A DNA stretch of 59,615 nucleotides, the filler included. It is 9 parts of 9 records of this genome, joined end to end, with 100 filler letters (N's around TTAATTAATTAA, not from the genome) between each part and the next. Parts side by side here need not be neighbours in the genome. Positions count along the whole stretch, not along the records: positions 28,366 to 34,175 come from SRR31156797_55840; positions 34,276 to 40,411 come from SRR31156797_55877; 7 more parts are not named here. One strand, given 5' to 3'. Numbering within the stretch: the stretch's first letter is position 1; each line of letters starts with the position of its first letter. This document shows positions 28,736-39,447 of this stretch, piece by piece. The notes beneath the pieces were generated by a model. The model did no database searches. It was given only the letters and a program-made list of their open reading frames with translations, and was not told the DNA's origin. The position numbers and the translations under genes are program-made.

Positions 28736-30205
28736 TCATCGGCTCTTAACCACGCGATTTCTTCCTTCTTTTTTTGCTATATATAGCGCAGCATCTGCCC
28801 GCTGTATGATATTTTCAAGCGTATCAGATTCTATCTCAAACGTTGACAAACCAATGCTTACCGTAAACTGGACAGGCCCCTGGTCCGAGTCAACAACAAT
28901 ATCGGAAAGAACCATGCGAAGACGTTCACAAACCTCCAGTGCGGTCTCAACGTTTGTTTCAGGAAAAATGATTGCAAACTCCTCACCTCCCAGGCGGCCC
29001 ATAATATCGTTGGCCCGTATCATTTTATTGCTCTGCAAAACCAGTTCCTTAAGAACCTCATCACCGACTTGATGTCCATAGGTATCATTAACTGTTTTAA
29101 AATGGTCTATATCCATCATGAGCAATGAAAATGGATGATTGTAGCGCTGTGCACGACTCAACTCGTTGGCTCCTTTTTCCCAAAAGCTCCTTCGGTTATG
29201 CGCGCCTGTTAACGTATCCGTTAGAGCGAGCCGTTTTAGTTCCTGTTCCATCTTTTTTCTTGCGGCAATTTCCTTTTGCAGCTTTCGGTTCCATATTAAA
29301 ATAATTATAAGAACCATACCCGAAGTCATTCCAATTCCGATTATCCATTTGATAATATCTTTGAGTCTAAGTCCGTGTTCATATCTGACAGACAACCATT
29401 TGTTTCTGATCTGCATATGCTGCTCGGGGGAAATCCACGTGATAATCTTATTAATAATTCCCTGTAACTCAGGCAAATCTTTCCTGATTCCCATGTAAAG
29501 GTTGTAATTTCCATAAGGTGTGGGAGCCGCAATTTTTATATTTGTAAGCCCGTATTGCTGTATGATGTAGCCGGTGGTAGCCAAATTCTCTATTCCTGCA
29601 GTCACGTCCCCAAAAGAGACGGCTTTTAGCCTTTCAAGTGGGGAATTGACATAATAGGGTTCATAGTTAATATTATCCTGTTTTAACCATTCAATAATTG
29701 CGTTTTGTTTAATAACGGCCAGTTTCTTTTCGTGAAGATCTTTTATACCACTGATAACCGGTGCATCTTTACGGGTCAATATTACAAGGGGAAAAGAGAG
29801 ATAAGGTATAGAATAATTTAAATACGAATCCCTGTCATCTGTCTTTGCCAGGCATGGAATCAGATCAATTTTTCCAGAGTGAATTTCCTCCAGCACCTGG
29901 GACCAAGGTTGCGGCCCTTGTATTTCTAGAAAGAGCCCCATCTGATTTGCCATCATTAATATATAGTCTACAGCAATTCCCTTCAGAATTCCTTTTTCAT
30001 CATAAGAATGAAAAGGCGGAAAATTTTGCGGACCTGCAATTTTGATGGATTTATGTTCTTTTAACCATTTTAGTTCAATGGGGGTTAACTTAAGTTCACC
30101 AAGGGATGGTTTCACGTCGTGCGCATCACACGGATTTGACATAAACAGGCAGGTAATCGAAAAAATGAAAATAATCGCACGCTTCACAAAAATTGTCCTC
30201 GACAT
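28736..30205 (-). CDS. Diguanylate cyclase with a periplasmic substrate-binding (PBP2) sensor domain
   Basis: Signal peptide, SBP_bac_3-like domain, TM helix, 'DIDHFK.VNDTYGH', 'RLGGEEF'. Confidence 0.92.
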   Translation of the reverse strand: MSRTIFVKRAIIFIFSITCLFMSNPCDAHDVKPSLGELKLTPIELKWLKEHKSIKIAGPQNFPPFHSYDEKGILKGIAVDYILMMANQMGLFLEIQGPQPWSQVLEEIHSGKIDLIPCLAKTDDRDSYLNYSIPYLSFPLVILTRKDAPVISGIKDLHEKKLAVIKQNAIIEWLKQDNINYEPYYVNSPLERLKAVSFGDVTAGIENLATTGYIIQQYGLTNIKIAAPTPYGNYNLYMGIRKDLPELQGIINKIITWISPEQHMQIRNKWLSVRYEHGLRLKDIIKWIIGIGMTSGMVLIIILIWNRKLQKEIAARKKMEQELKRLALTDTLTGAHNRRSFWEKGANELSRAQRYNHPFSLLMMDIDHFKTVNDTYGHQVGDEVLKELVLQSNKMIRANDIMGRLGGEEFAIIFPETNVETALEVCERLRMVLSDIVVDSDQGPVQFTVSIGLSTFEIESDTLENIIQRADAALYIAKKEGRNRVVKSR

Positions 30206-30571
30206 TGTCCCCAGCCTTAGTGTTTTTATAAATAAGATTGTTTAAATGGTATAGTATTTTCTAATAGATGTCTATCAGGTAAACCGTTTGCTATGGTTGA
30301 CTTCCGGGATAGGATTAACATTTTATAATTGATGACAATAAATCAGGAAGACTTGAATAAAATCCGAAGGAGTTGCAGGGTTTACGTGCTTTCGGTCTGT
30401 CCCCTTTTCAAGGTAGGTACGATTCCAAAGCAATGATACAAAATATATTTTGCACTAATTTTTTTTGTGCTATATATATTTTGTACTAAGGGATATAGTA
30501 CGACACTGCCGAGATTTTATATATTAAAGCAATCTCAAATTGCTGCATACTCAAATGTTTAGGAACATATC

Positions 30572-30898
30572 ATGAAAAATATATCAGGCCCACCGGTTGA
30601 GGGCGAAAATTTTTTTGGCCGTTGTAAGGAGTGTCAGGAGATGAGTGCCCTACTCGAAAATCATGATGTCTTGTTATTGGGGCCTCGTCGCACCGGAAAA
30701 ACTTCTATTGCCAGGAAAATAATGGCAGGAAGGGTGAAAAGTGACTGGCGGGCGATTGAAGTGAATGTCGCTTCCTGTACAGATGAAAAGGCTTTGCTTG
30801 AGAAGATGGCAAAAGCAATGGCCCAAGAGTTTGCAAGTGTCACCGGCAAGACCAAAATAACTTTGCGGCGCTGGTGGCAGGGGAGGAACAGTCTATGA
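30572..30898 (+). pseudogene. Truncated or internally deleted P-loop ATPase (108 aa)
   Basis: 'GPPVEGENFFGR' and Walker A 'GPRRTGKTS' but no Walker B; ends 'LRRWW'; ATGA-coupled to the next gene. Confidence 0.6.
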
Positions 30899-33495
30899 GC
30901 GCCGGCACTGTAATGCACCACTACAACCCGGACTGGTTAAGTGATGAAGATCTGGTTGCGGGCTTTGTCGCAAGACAGGGCGACTTTTCATTTCTGCGCG
31001 AAGAACTGGCACAAACCCCCTGCCAGGGCAATACCCAGCACTACCTGCTGGTGGGAGTACGCGGCAGCGGCAAGACCACTTTATTGAAACGGCTTGCTGT
31101 AGCCATCCGCAAGGACGGCGACCTCTTAGGTCACCTTATTGCGGTTTCCTTTCCCGAAGAATTGTACCAGGTAAAAAATCTGGCGGATTTCTGGCAGGTT
31201 GCCTGCGAGAACCTGATAGATGAGTTTGACCGGCTTGGTATGGAAGAAGAGGCTAATCAGTTGCAAAACGATCTTGATCATTGCCCGGGGGGGGGAGACC
31301 AGAACCCTCTTTCCGATCAAGCCCTGCAGCTCCTGCTCAAGGCCTGCGCTACCCTGGACAAGAGGCCGGTTTTGCTGGTGGATAATCTCGATATGATCCT
31401 GCAGCGGATCGGTTCATCAGGCCGTAAAAAGAATGACCCCCATTCTCCGGCCTACTGGGCTTTTCGCGAAGCGCTGTCCACCAATGCATCACCGGTTATC
31501 ATCGGCAGTTCGGTGCGTTTGTCCGAGCCCTTTACCAACCATGACAGGGCATTTTACGATTTTTTTGTTCCCAAGCGTCTTAGCAAGCTTGATCTGGCAG
31601 ATGTGGAGAGGGTGCTTAGGCATTTAGCCCAGGCCCGGAATCTTCCAGACATACAAAATCGGATAGAGGAACATCCCGGCCGAATCAAAGCCCTTCACGA
31701 ACTGACCGGAGGCAACCCCAGGGCGCTCGGCCTCATCTTTGAGATTTTGCGTAACGGCCCCAATGGCCGTGCCATTGAAGACTTCAAGCAGTTGATGGAT
31801 ATCACCACCCCCTACTACAAGGCAAGGTTTGAGGATCTGGCAGATCAGGCCCAGGTTGTCATGCATGGGCTTGCTGTCTGTCGTTTCGGATTGACCGGGC
31901 TTTGTTTTGGTCATACAGCAGCAAAAATCGGCGAACACAGCGGCCTGCAGACCAGAACGGTCTCAGCACAGCTGGACATACTGGTGCGGGAAGGACTGGT
32001 GGAGAAAAACGGCGATTACGGCCGTACCCAATACCGTATTGCTGAGCAGCTGTTCCGGTTATGGCTGCAAATGCGGGGCAGCAGGCGTATCCGTAAAAAT
32101 GTTATAGGTCTTACGGAATTTCTTGAAGCCTTGTATGAACCAGAGGAGCTAAAGCAGTGCCTGCTGATGGACGGACAGGGAAGCCCCCTGTCACAGGCGC
32201 AAATCGCATTTGCCGTGGCCGACACCCGCCATGCCGGGGAGATGAGGTATGGGTTCATGGCCCATGGAACAGATGCAACCTTACAGCATGCCTGGCAGCA
32301 AGGCGGTGAGGTTGAGGCGTTTTTGCACCAAGGTGACTTGCCGGAATCCCTCAAGGAATTAGCCGACTTGAGAGACCGGCTCCACCGTTCCCAGCAGGTT
32401 GAGATGACAGAGGAGGAAATGGATTGGCTGATTGGTTCCTTGTGGCTTGAGCATGCTGACAAAAAAAAAGCGGTACAGGCGCTTTGTTGCCGGAAAAGTT
32501 CAAGGTCCGAGCTCAGCAGGCTTCAATCGCTTCAAGAACAGGAATATGCTCACCTGCAGACTTGGGGGCTTCTGTCTGCTGACCTGCCCCTTTTTTACCG
32601 TAAACGTGCCCGTGGCTTTTTGCCGCTTCCCCGCCTGACACCTGATGATGCTAAAAATGCCTGCCTCAATGAGCAGGATGATCAGCGCTGCAGAGGAATG
32701 ATCTGGCGAGTGCTTGGTATGAGGAGACTCATCCAGGTAAACGGTGAAGAAGATGCTGGGGCGTGGATTTTATGGGGGAAACAACACCAGGACACCGCCT
32801 CTCCTGATGAATGGGCCAATGTTGCAGGTACAATGCGGCTCAACAGATGCTTTTCAACAGCTGAACTGGCTTTATTGCAATCAGAGCAAAGAGGGGCGTC
32901 TGCACGCGGGCTATATGAAAAAGCTGTCTGGTTGATGGATATTGCAAAAGATTATCCAAAGGCAGAAAAAATTTTTCAAAAGGCTATTGAGCTTGATCCG
33001 AAATATCACTTCCCATGGTTTAATCTAGGGGAACTTTTACATGTACACCTTGAACGACCTGAGGACGCCGCAAACGCATACGCTGAAGGCACAAGGTTGG
33101 TAGAAGAGCTCCATCCATACTGGCGCAGGCAATATGTTGCACTGCAAACACGACTCGCTGTGGATAGGGCCAAAGAGGCGGTAGAAGGAAAAAATTCTGA
33201 TCTGCTCAAGACTATTCTCAAGGATCTGGTGCATGAATCTGTAGATCTTGCCGCCGCATTGGTGAACAAAGCCTTTATTAAAGACTTTTTATCCTGGGTC
33301 TTGAACGAACATGAGGATGTTGCCCCGACCCTGCTCTCCGCACTGCGAAACACCGGATTTGCACGGCATGCCCGTCCTCTATTGTTGGCTTTTGAAGTGG
33401 CAGTGACAAAGAGAGATAAAATACTCAAAGACCTTGAACCAGAAGTGCAAAAAAGTGTACAGGAAATATTCAAGAGGTTGAAAGCTCGTTCATAA
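30895..33495 (+). CDS. STAND-like AAA ATPase with winged helix and TPR (866 aa)
   Basis: Walker A 'GVRGSGKT', Walker B 'LLVDNLD', 'TGGNPR', wHTH 'TVSAQLDILVREGLV', TPR 'AEKIFQKAIELDPKY..PWFNLG'; GGAGG RBS. Confidence 0.8.
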   Translation: MSAGTVMHHYNPDWLSDEDLVAGFVARQGDFSFLREELAQTPCQGNTQHYLLVGVRGSGKTTLLKRLAVAIRKDGDLLGHLIAVSFPEELYQVKNLADFWQVACENLIDEFDRLGMEEEANQLQNDLDHCPGGGDQNPLSDQALQLLLKACATLDKRPVLLVDNLDMILQRIGSSGRKKNDPHSPAYWAFREALSTNASPVIIGSSVRLSEPFTNHDRAFYDFFVPKRLSKLDLADVERVLRHLAQARNLPDIQNRIEEHPGRIKALHELTGGNPRALGLIFEILRNGPNGRAIEDFKQLMDITTPYYKARFEDLADQAQVVMHGLAVCRFGLTGLCFGHTAAKIGEHSGLQTRTVSAQLDILVREGLVEKNGDYGRTQYRIAEQLFRLWLQMRGSRRIRKNVIGLTEFLEALYEPEELKQCLLMDGQGSPLSQAQIAFAVADTRHAGEMRYGFMAHGTDATLQHAWQQGGEVEAFLHQGDLPESLKELADLRDRLHRSQQVEMTEEEMDWLIGSLWLEHADKKKAVQALCCRKSSRSELSRLQSLQEQEYAHLQTWGLLSADLPLFYRKRARGFLPLPRLTPDDAKNACLNEQDDQRCRGMIWRVLGMRRLIQVNGEEDAGAWILWGKQHQDTASPDEWANVAGTMRLNRCFSTAELALLQSEQRGASARGLYEKAVWLMDIAKDYPKAEKIFQKAIELDPKYHFPWFNLGELLHVHLERPEDAANAYAEGTRLVEELHPYWRRQYVALQTRLAVDRAKEAVEGKNSDLLKTILKDLVHESVDLAAALVNKAFIKDFLSWVLNEHEDVAPTLLSALRNTGFARHARPLLLAFEVAVTKRDKILKDLEPEVQKSVQEIFKRLKARS

Positions 33496-33783
33496 GGCGC
33501 CTTTTACAGTAGTAGACATCATCTGTGGAAGGCTTTAGTCTTTTACTGGAAGGTTAGAATGAATTAGATCGACACAGAATATCTAACGCCAACAAAAACA
33601 TACTTCGGGCCAGCCGTAGATGTAGTGTAAGTATTTGAATTTAAAATATATATTCTCTGTGGGCCATTTGAAATTGATAGTAAACTACGGACAAATGATA
33701 TCGTCTATCAATCCATTTCAATGGGTTGACTTCCGGAATCTGATTAGCATCCTATAATAGACGACAATAAAAATAAGGATGTA

Positions 33784-34175
33784 ATGATGAGCCGAGACTA
33801 CTCGTTTGAAACCGGCGTATACCGCCCGCCCAGTGAAGGGGGCAGCGCGTCCCTGCTGGTCCGCTTTACCCGTAACTGTCCCTGGAACCACTGCGCCTTT
33901 TGTTCGATGTATAAGGGAAAAAAATTTAACTTAAGGCCCCTGGAAGAAATTAAAGCAGACATCAATGCCATGGCAAACCTTGTGGTTGACCTCCAGGCAG
34001 AATCAAAAGCCCTTGGGCACGGCGGCCAGGTCACCCGGGACGCCATTTTGGCAGTGCTTGAAAAAGCACCCGGCTTAAACCGGCATCCGGGTGCCGACAT
34101 GCTGATCCAGTGGGTTGCGGTGGGCGGAAAGACCGCATTCATACAGGACGGCAACTCCATGATCATGCCGCCCCA
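33784..34175 (+). CDS. Radical SAM protein, N-terminal fragment
   Basis: 'YRPPSE..SLL', CxxxCxxC 'CPWNHCAFC'. Confidence 0.88.
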
Positions 34176-34275
34176 NNNNNNNNNNNNNNNNNNNNNNNNN
34201 NNNNNNNNNNNNNNNNNNNTTAATTAATTAANNNNNNNNNNNNNNNNNNNNNNNNNNNNNNNNNNNNNNNNNNNN

Positions 34276-34304
34276 CCGCGGTTCAAGTCCGTGCTGGGGA
34301 GCCA
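34276..34304 (+). tRNA. 3' fragment of a tRNA, probably tRNA-Asn
   Basis: T-arm CGCGG-TTCAAGT-CCGTG, acceptor strand CTGGGGA, G discriminator, CCA; anticodon not in the window. Confidence 0.7.
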
Positions 34305-34313
34305 AGCAAATAC

Positions 34314-34345
34314 AAGCTCTTACGAGAAATCGTAAGAGCTTTTTT
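34314..34345 (+). terminator. Rho-independent terminator after the tRNA
   Basis: Perfect 12-bp stem AAGCTCTTACGA-GAAA-TCGTAAGAGCTT plus T-tract. Confidence 0.85.
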
Positions 34346-34503
34346 GTTTACTCATCTACTACAATCCTTCTTTTGATTCCTTCCTAAACACGTACCCCCT
34401 CCCCAATCCGGCCTGCCAATCCGAACCATAAACCTGTTTACTTTGCCTCCATGCCAAACTAAGAACGTAATATCGATGAATTGCAAGGAGCTATGAACCG
34501 ACT

Positions 34504-36162
34504 ATGATCTTTTCACTTGGAGCCGGTCTTATCGGCGGACTGGGACTTTTCCTTCTCGGCATGAGGCTAATGACCAAAGGACTGCGCAATGCAGCCGGTA
34601 ACGCCCTGCGTTCCATACTTGGTAAATGGACCAAAACTCCTCTCAGAGGACTTGCTTCCGGCTTCATGGTTACAGCTCTGGTCCAATCATCCAGCGCCAT
34701 AACAGTAGCGGTCATAGGTTTCGTCAATGCAGGACTCATGACAATGCCGCAATCTGTAGGTGTAATTTTTGGCTCCAACATAGGCACGACTGTGACCAGT
34801 TGGATCGTTGCTGCAGTCGGCGTCAGTGTCAAAGTTAAAGCTCTGGCTCTCCCCCTCATCGGCTTAGGCGCAATTCTCAGACTCACAAGTGCTCATTCTC
34901 GACGCAAACATATTGGTGACGCCCTCACCGGCTTCGGCATCTTCTTTCTCGGTATTGAAATTCTACAATCCACCTTTCAAGACTTGGGCACGGCAGTTGA
35001 TCTTGCTTCATTCAACATAGGTGGCATCCCTGGCATTCTGCTTTTTGTAACCCTTGGTGCCATCCTCACCTTACTAATGCAAAGCTCCAGTGCTGCCATG
35101 GCCATCATCCTCACAGCCGCAATGTCAGGAATCGTCACGCTGGAAAGCTCTGCGGCTGCGGCCATTGGCACCAATATAGGCACGACGTCAACGGCCCTTT
35201 TTTCGGTTATTGGTGCAACTTATAATGCAAAAAAAGTTGCAGCTGCACACATTATTTTCAATATGGTGACCGGCATTGTCGCCATCATGACCATCCCACT
35301 TCTCCTCAAGGCTGTTAGCGTCTTGTCCTCACTGAATGGAGACTATAATTTAGCAACAACACTCGCAGTTTTTCATACAGTATTTAATTTACTCGGAGTT
35401 GCCATTTTTCTCCCTTTCACCTCAAAACTCGTTAATTTCCTGAATCGACATATTGGTCGGGAAGTCTCCGAAATGGGCAAACCTAAGTATCTTGACAACA
35501 ACGTCTTGAGCACTCCCTCACTTGCAATGGACGCTTTATTTATGGAATTGGGTCGTTTGGGCGAAATGACTCGTGAAGTTTGTCAAAAAGCAGTGACTTC
35601 TAAATTCCGCCACACGGATTTTATCAAAGATAAAACCGTCCTCGACACATTAATTGTTGCCATCCGTGGATACTGTGTCAAAATTCAACGACTCGACCTA
35701 CCAGATACTGTTGCACTTAGGCTCCCGGCGGCACTCAGGGTCATTCAGTACTATAGAAAGGCCATCAACATTATTACTGAAGTTTCTCAGCAACACACCC
35801 TTCTGGATCACTCTCTTCCAGAGGCAACAACAGAAACAGCACGTGCATTCAGACGGGAAGTCCGGGACATCATCAATGTGGCACACACCCCCTGTTCACC
35901 GGAATTTGTCGACCTCAAACAACAATTGCACCAGCTTGACGATTTGTATCACGACCTCAAAGACGATCTTTTGCGTACCGGAGCTCAAGGGCATATAGAG
36001 TTAAACACCATGGTTTCGCTTCTCGAATACTACTCCAGCATGCGACAAATGTGCGAACAGGCAGTTAAAGGAACGACCTATTGGGCGTTGTTACGAGATA
36101 TCGATCTCACTTGTGCAAACGCCGACGAAGACAATGAATACAGCTGGAAACAGGATGCATAA
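34504..36162 (+). CDS. Na+/phosphate cotransporter family protein with PhoU-like C-terminus
   Basis: Two 'QSSSA' repeats and 'G.NIGTT' motifs. Confidence 0.9.
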   Translation: MIFSLGAGLIGGLGLFLLGMRLMTKGLRNAAGNALRSILGKWTKTPLRGLASGFMVTALVQSSSAITVAVIGFVNAGLMTMPQSVGVIFGSNIGTTVTSWIVAAVGVSVKVKALALPLIGLGAILRLTSAHSRRKHIGDALTGFGIFFLGIEILQSTFQDLGTAVDLASFNIGGIPGILLFVTLGAILTLLMQSSSAAMAIILTAAMSGIVTLESSAAAAIGTNIGTTSTALFSVIGATYNAKKVAAAHIIFNMVTGIVAIMTIPLLLKAVSVLSSLNGDYNLATTLAVFHTVFNLLGVAIFLPFTSKLVNFLNRHIGREVSEMGKPKYLDNNVLSTPSLAMDALFMELGRLGEMTREVCQKAVTSKFRHTDFIKDKTVLDTLIVAIRGYCVKIQRLDLPDTVALRLPAALRVIQYYRKAINIITEVSQQHTLLDHSLPEATTETARAFRREVRDIINVAHTPCSPEFVDLKQQLHQLDDLYHDLKDDLLRTGAQGHIELNTMVSLLEYYSSMRQMCEQAVKGTTYWALLRDIDLTCANADEDNEYSWKQDA

Positions 36163-36192
36163 ACTGATAGAAACCTCTCAGGAGATATCACC

Positions 36193-37248
36193 ATGAAAGA
36201 ACGCCAAACTGCCTTAATCCTCATTGGATGCGCCATATTGCTTGCCCTCGGCTCATATCTGCTTCTGTCTGATTCCCCGGATGAAACACCGAAGAATACA
36301 GCTCAGATCAAACAACCAGTAGAAAAACCAGCACAAGCTCCCGATTGGGTCAATGGAGGCCAGAAGGCTACCCCGGACTACTCGCCCTCTACAGCTACTC
36401 CAGTAGACACAACTCCACCAACAGAGCCAGAGCCAGTTCCGACTCCTGTCGTAAAAGAACCGCAGACCATCGAAGTATCAGAGGACAAAATCGTTACTTT
36501 TACATTTGTAGAATCATTGGCTGATTATTTCCTGCATCGCTTCCTCCCCTCTGGTCCCAATGGTAAACCAGCCTCACTGGCCTCAGCCATGACGTTGAAC
36601 AAGTATTATGGCCGAGAACTCGATGGTTTTGCAGTTTCAGGCAATAACATCCGTGCATCACGCCAAGCAGTCCTTGACTATGCCTTCACTCCCACTATGC
36701 TCAAGACGCTTTATGGACTTTATGCTGACGCTTTTGTTGTTCACTTAGCTGACACAGCAGCTACAGATGACCGCCAATATATTGAAGGCAAAACTCAAAC
36801 CATGCGTACACTGACAAATGCTGAAATTGCAGTCATGCTCCGACTGAATAGTCGCCGAATTGAACGCACTGCGACCGTATTCAGAGCCATCGCCCAAAAA
36901 CCCCATCTAACAGAAATGGCTGGCCGATATCTTCGAGCAGTCAAAGCTGTAGAACGAGCAAACGGGCAAATGCAAGTCGCGCTTGCTGACGAAAAAAACA
37001 CGAAAAAAGCCGGCGCCGACCTGAAAAGAGCTATCTTGCAACGCCAACAGGTCAAGGCGGAACTGCTTACTCAATTAAAGCAAATTTGCCACTCATGTAC
37101 TGAAGCCGAACTTTTCTATCTGGCCCAATGGTCATATCGTCGAACTCTCAACGAACCGGAAAAGAAACTTAAAACGTTCGACACAGCTGCTGAAATCATG
37201 GATGACCTTGCAACTCGATTTATCAAAAAGGCTGACGAGTTAAAATAA
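36193..37248 (+). CDS. Hypothetical membrane-anchored protein
   Basis: N-terminal TM, Pro/Thr-rich linker, helical C-domain; GGAG RBS. Confidence 0.7.
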   Translation: MKERQTALILIGCAILLALGSYLLLSDSPDETPKNTAQIKQPVEKPAQAPDWVNGGQKATPDYSPSTATPVDTTPPTEPEPVPTPVVKEPQTIEVSEDKIVTFTFVESLADYFLHRFLPSGPNGKPASLASAMTLNKYYGRELDGFAVSGNNIRASRQAVLDYAFTPTMLKTLYGLYADAFVVHLADTAATDDRQYIEGKTQTMRTLTNAEIAVMLRLNSRRIERTATVFRAIAQKPHLTEMAGRYLRAVKAVERANGQMQVALADEKNTKKAGADLKRAILQRQQVKAELLTQLKQICHSCTEAELFYLAQWSYRRTLNEPEKKLKTFDTAAEIMDDLATRFIKKADELK

Positions 37249-37330
37249 TCATTCTCACTTGTTGCCACGGCTTCGTTTTCGACTTATCGTCTTATGAAAT
37301 ATAAGAAGAGTGTTGAAAAAGGAGCCACTT

Positions 37331-38713
37331 ATGTATTTCAAACAGATCACCACTCCCGGACTAGGGTGCTTCTCTTACGTCATAGGTTGTCCTGCGGCCG
37401 GAGAAATGGTTGTTGTCGACCCCAAACGCGATGTGCAGGATTATTTAAACATCTCGCGTGATGAAGGGATGAAAATCGTCCACGCCATTGATACCCATGT
37501 GCATGCTGACCATGTCTCAGGTGCTCAGGAACTTAAATCTCATACCGGTTGTGATGTCATGGTCTACGAGACTTCACCGGTTACATACGACTTCACTTCA
37601 CTCAAAGAAGGCGACAAACTGACCATTGGCAATGCAGGTCTCAAGGTATTGCATACCCCCGGTCACACCCCGGACGCACTGTCCTTGCTCGTCACGGACT
37701 TTTCGCGCGGCAATGAGCCGTGGATGTTACTCACAGGTGACGTTTTATTCGTCAATGATATTGGTCGCCCTGATCTGGTCGGCGACGCTAAACTTGATGA
37801 ACAAATTCAAAACCTCTGGAATACGCTTTATATCAAATTCAATAAATTCCCGGATAGTCTAGAAGTATTCCCGGCCCACGGAGCTGGCTCTCTGTGTGGA
37901 CGTGGCATGAGTTCCAAGCCCAGTTCAACACTTGGTTTTGAACGTCGCCATAACGCCATGCTCGGCTTTGATAGCTATGAAACTTTTCACCTCGCCATGA
38001 GCCAGGAATTCCCGGCCCGTCCCAAGAGTTTCACACACATCATCTCAACAAATGCCCATGGTGCCCCCCTGCTTGAACGGTGCCCCATGGACCTCGCCAT
38101 GGACCCATTCAAATTCGAAGAAAAGATGCAGGATGGCGCTGTCGTTATCGATGTACGAGACGCGGCTGCCTATGCCGGATATCACATTCCCGGCTCCATC
38201 AACATTGGATTTGAACCAAGTCTCGCCAATTGGGTTGGCATGGTCGTCGACCCCAAGGCGGACATATTGCTCGTCGTGGATTCCAAGGAAGGATATGATC
38301 GTATGAGGACGGAATTACACCGTATTGGATACGACAGAATTTATGGTTACTTATCCGGCGGTATTCAATCATGGGTCTTCAGTGGTCGTCCGGTAAACAA
38401 ATTATCCATTGATTCGGCTCAGGACCTTCAAAATTGTCAGGCTGACAATAAGCCACTGAGTCTCGTGGATGTTCGCACCCCGGCAGAATGGGAAGGCGGA
38501 AGAATCCCCGGAGCAAAGCACATCCCGCTGGCCGATATACTGAACGGCAAATATGACTTGTCCGAAGACGATCATCATATCCTCTACTGTGCAGGCGGTT
38601 ACCGTGCCAATATCGCAGCTTCATACCTACAAAAACATGGTTTTTGGAATGTTCGCAGTTTGGCAGGAGGCTATATCGCCTGGAACAAGGCTGGCTACGA
38701 CACAGAAAAATAA
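37331..38713 (+). CDS. MBL-fold hydrolase with two rhodanese domains (persulfide dioxygenase-like)
   Basis: 'THVHADHVSG', 'HTPGHT', 'PAHGAGSLCG', rhodanese 'DVR..EW..G.IPGA', 'CAGGYR'. Confidence 0.9.
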   Translation: MYFKQITTPGLGCFSYVIGCPAAGEMVVVDPKRDVQDYLNISRDEGMKIVHAIDTHVHADHVSGAQELKSHTGCDVMVYETSPVTYDFTSLKEGDKLTIGNAGLKVLHTPGHTPDALSLLVTDFSRGNEPWMLLTGDVLFVNDIGRPDLVGDAKLDEQIQNLWNTLYIKFNKFPDSLEVFPAHGAGSLCGRGMSSKPSSTLGFERRHNAMLGFDSYETFHLAMSQEFPARPKSFTHIISTNAHGAPLLERCPMDLAMDPFKFEEKMQDGAVVIDVRDAAAYAGYHIPGSINIGFEPSLANWVGMVVDPKADILLVVDSKEGYDRMRTELHRIGYDRIYGYLSGGIQSWVFSGRPVNKLSIDSAQDLQNCQADNKPLSLVDVRTPAEWEGGRIPGAKHIPLADILNGKYDLSEDDHHILYCAGGYRANIAASYLQKHGFWNVRSLAGGYIAWNKAGYDTEK

Positions 38714-38732
38714 TCATCCTATAATACACATC

Positions 38733-38762
38733 AAAGACCCTGATATTCAGGGTCTTTTTTTT
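38733..38762 (+). terminator. Rho-independent terminator
   Basis: AAAGACCCTGA-TAT-TCAGGGTCTTT plus T-tract. Confidence 0.85.
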
Positions 38763-38866
38763 AAGCGCATTTATATCGAACGGATACCTCTTGCCCACCT
38801 TCTTTTAACTAGGGTAATAGTCAAATAGGTTTAATCTGTTGACAACTATCAAGACGGAGAAAAGAC

Positions 38867-39229
38867 ATGATCACCATTATTGAAATCCCTTCTACAAAGA
38901 CTGTCGGCATGAAAGTATCTGGCAAAATTACCAAAGAAGGCATGGAAGATGTCATTGAAAAGGTCAAAGCAACAATGGAAAAAACGGATGAACGATTAAA
39001 TATATACGTCGAGCTCGACAAATGGGAAGGATTTACTCTTGCAGCTCTCTACGAAGATATCAAATTCGCTCTTCCAAATATGCGGCGTTTTGCCAAAGAA
39101 GCCATCGTAACTGATAAGGCATGGATTAGTAATCTAGTCAAAGCCGGTGACAGACTCTTCCCAAGTATCGAATTACGAACATATACAACTGAAGAAAAAG
39201 GCGAGGCATTGATGTGGATTCAGGAATAA
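38867..39229 (+). CDS. STAS/SEC14 (SpoIIAA-like) domain protein
   Basis: 'VSGKIT', 'ALYEDIK', 'AIVTDK.W', 'EALMWI'. Confidence 0.8.
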   Translation: MITIIEIPSTKTVGMKVSGKITKEGMEDVIEKVKATMEKTDERLNIYVELDKWEGFTLAALYEDIKFALPNMRRFAKEAIVTDKAWISNLVKAGDRLFPSIELRTYTTEEKGEALMWIQE

Positions 39230-39429
39230 CGCAAAAGTATAAAGGCTCTGACAGGCATTTTATTTTAGAACTTTTTCTTTGATGAGTGTTAAATAAATTA
39301 TATATAAATTAGTGTGAATTCTCCCCAACGAGACGAGCTGTTGCTTCGAATGGTATGACATCTTGAAAATGCTGTGTGACACGCATATTAAAAGATGACA
39401 GAGGAACTCTTTTAGTCGGCAATCCAGTA

Positions 39430-39447
39430 ATGTGAATTATATCACAA
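39430..39447. promoter_or_regulatory. CRP/FNR-family or Rex-type operator upstream of PFOR
   Basis: Exact TGTGA-N6-TCACA (39431-39446). Confidence 0.55.

Noticed and set aside
34276-34345. tRNA 3' fragment as an att site of an integrated element
   Set aside because: It is simply cut by the contig start and followed by its terminator and housekeeping genes; no integrase is present.
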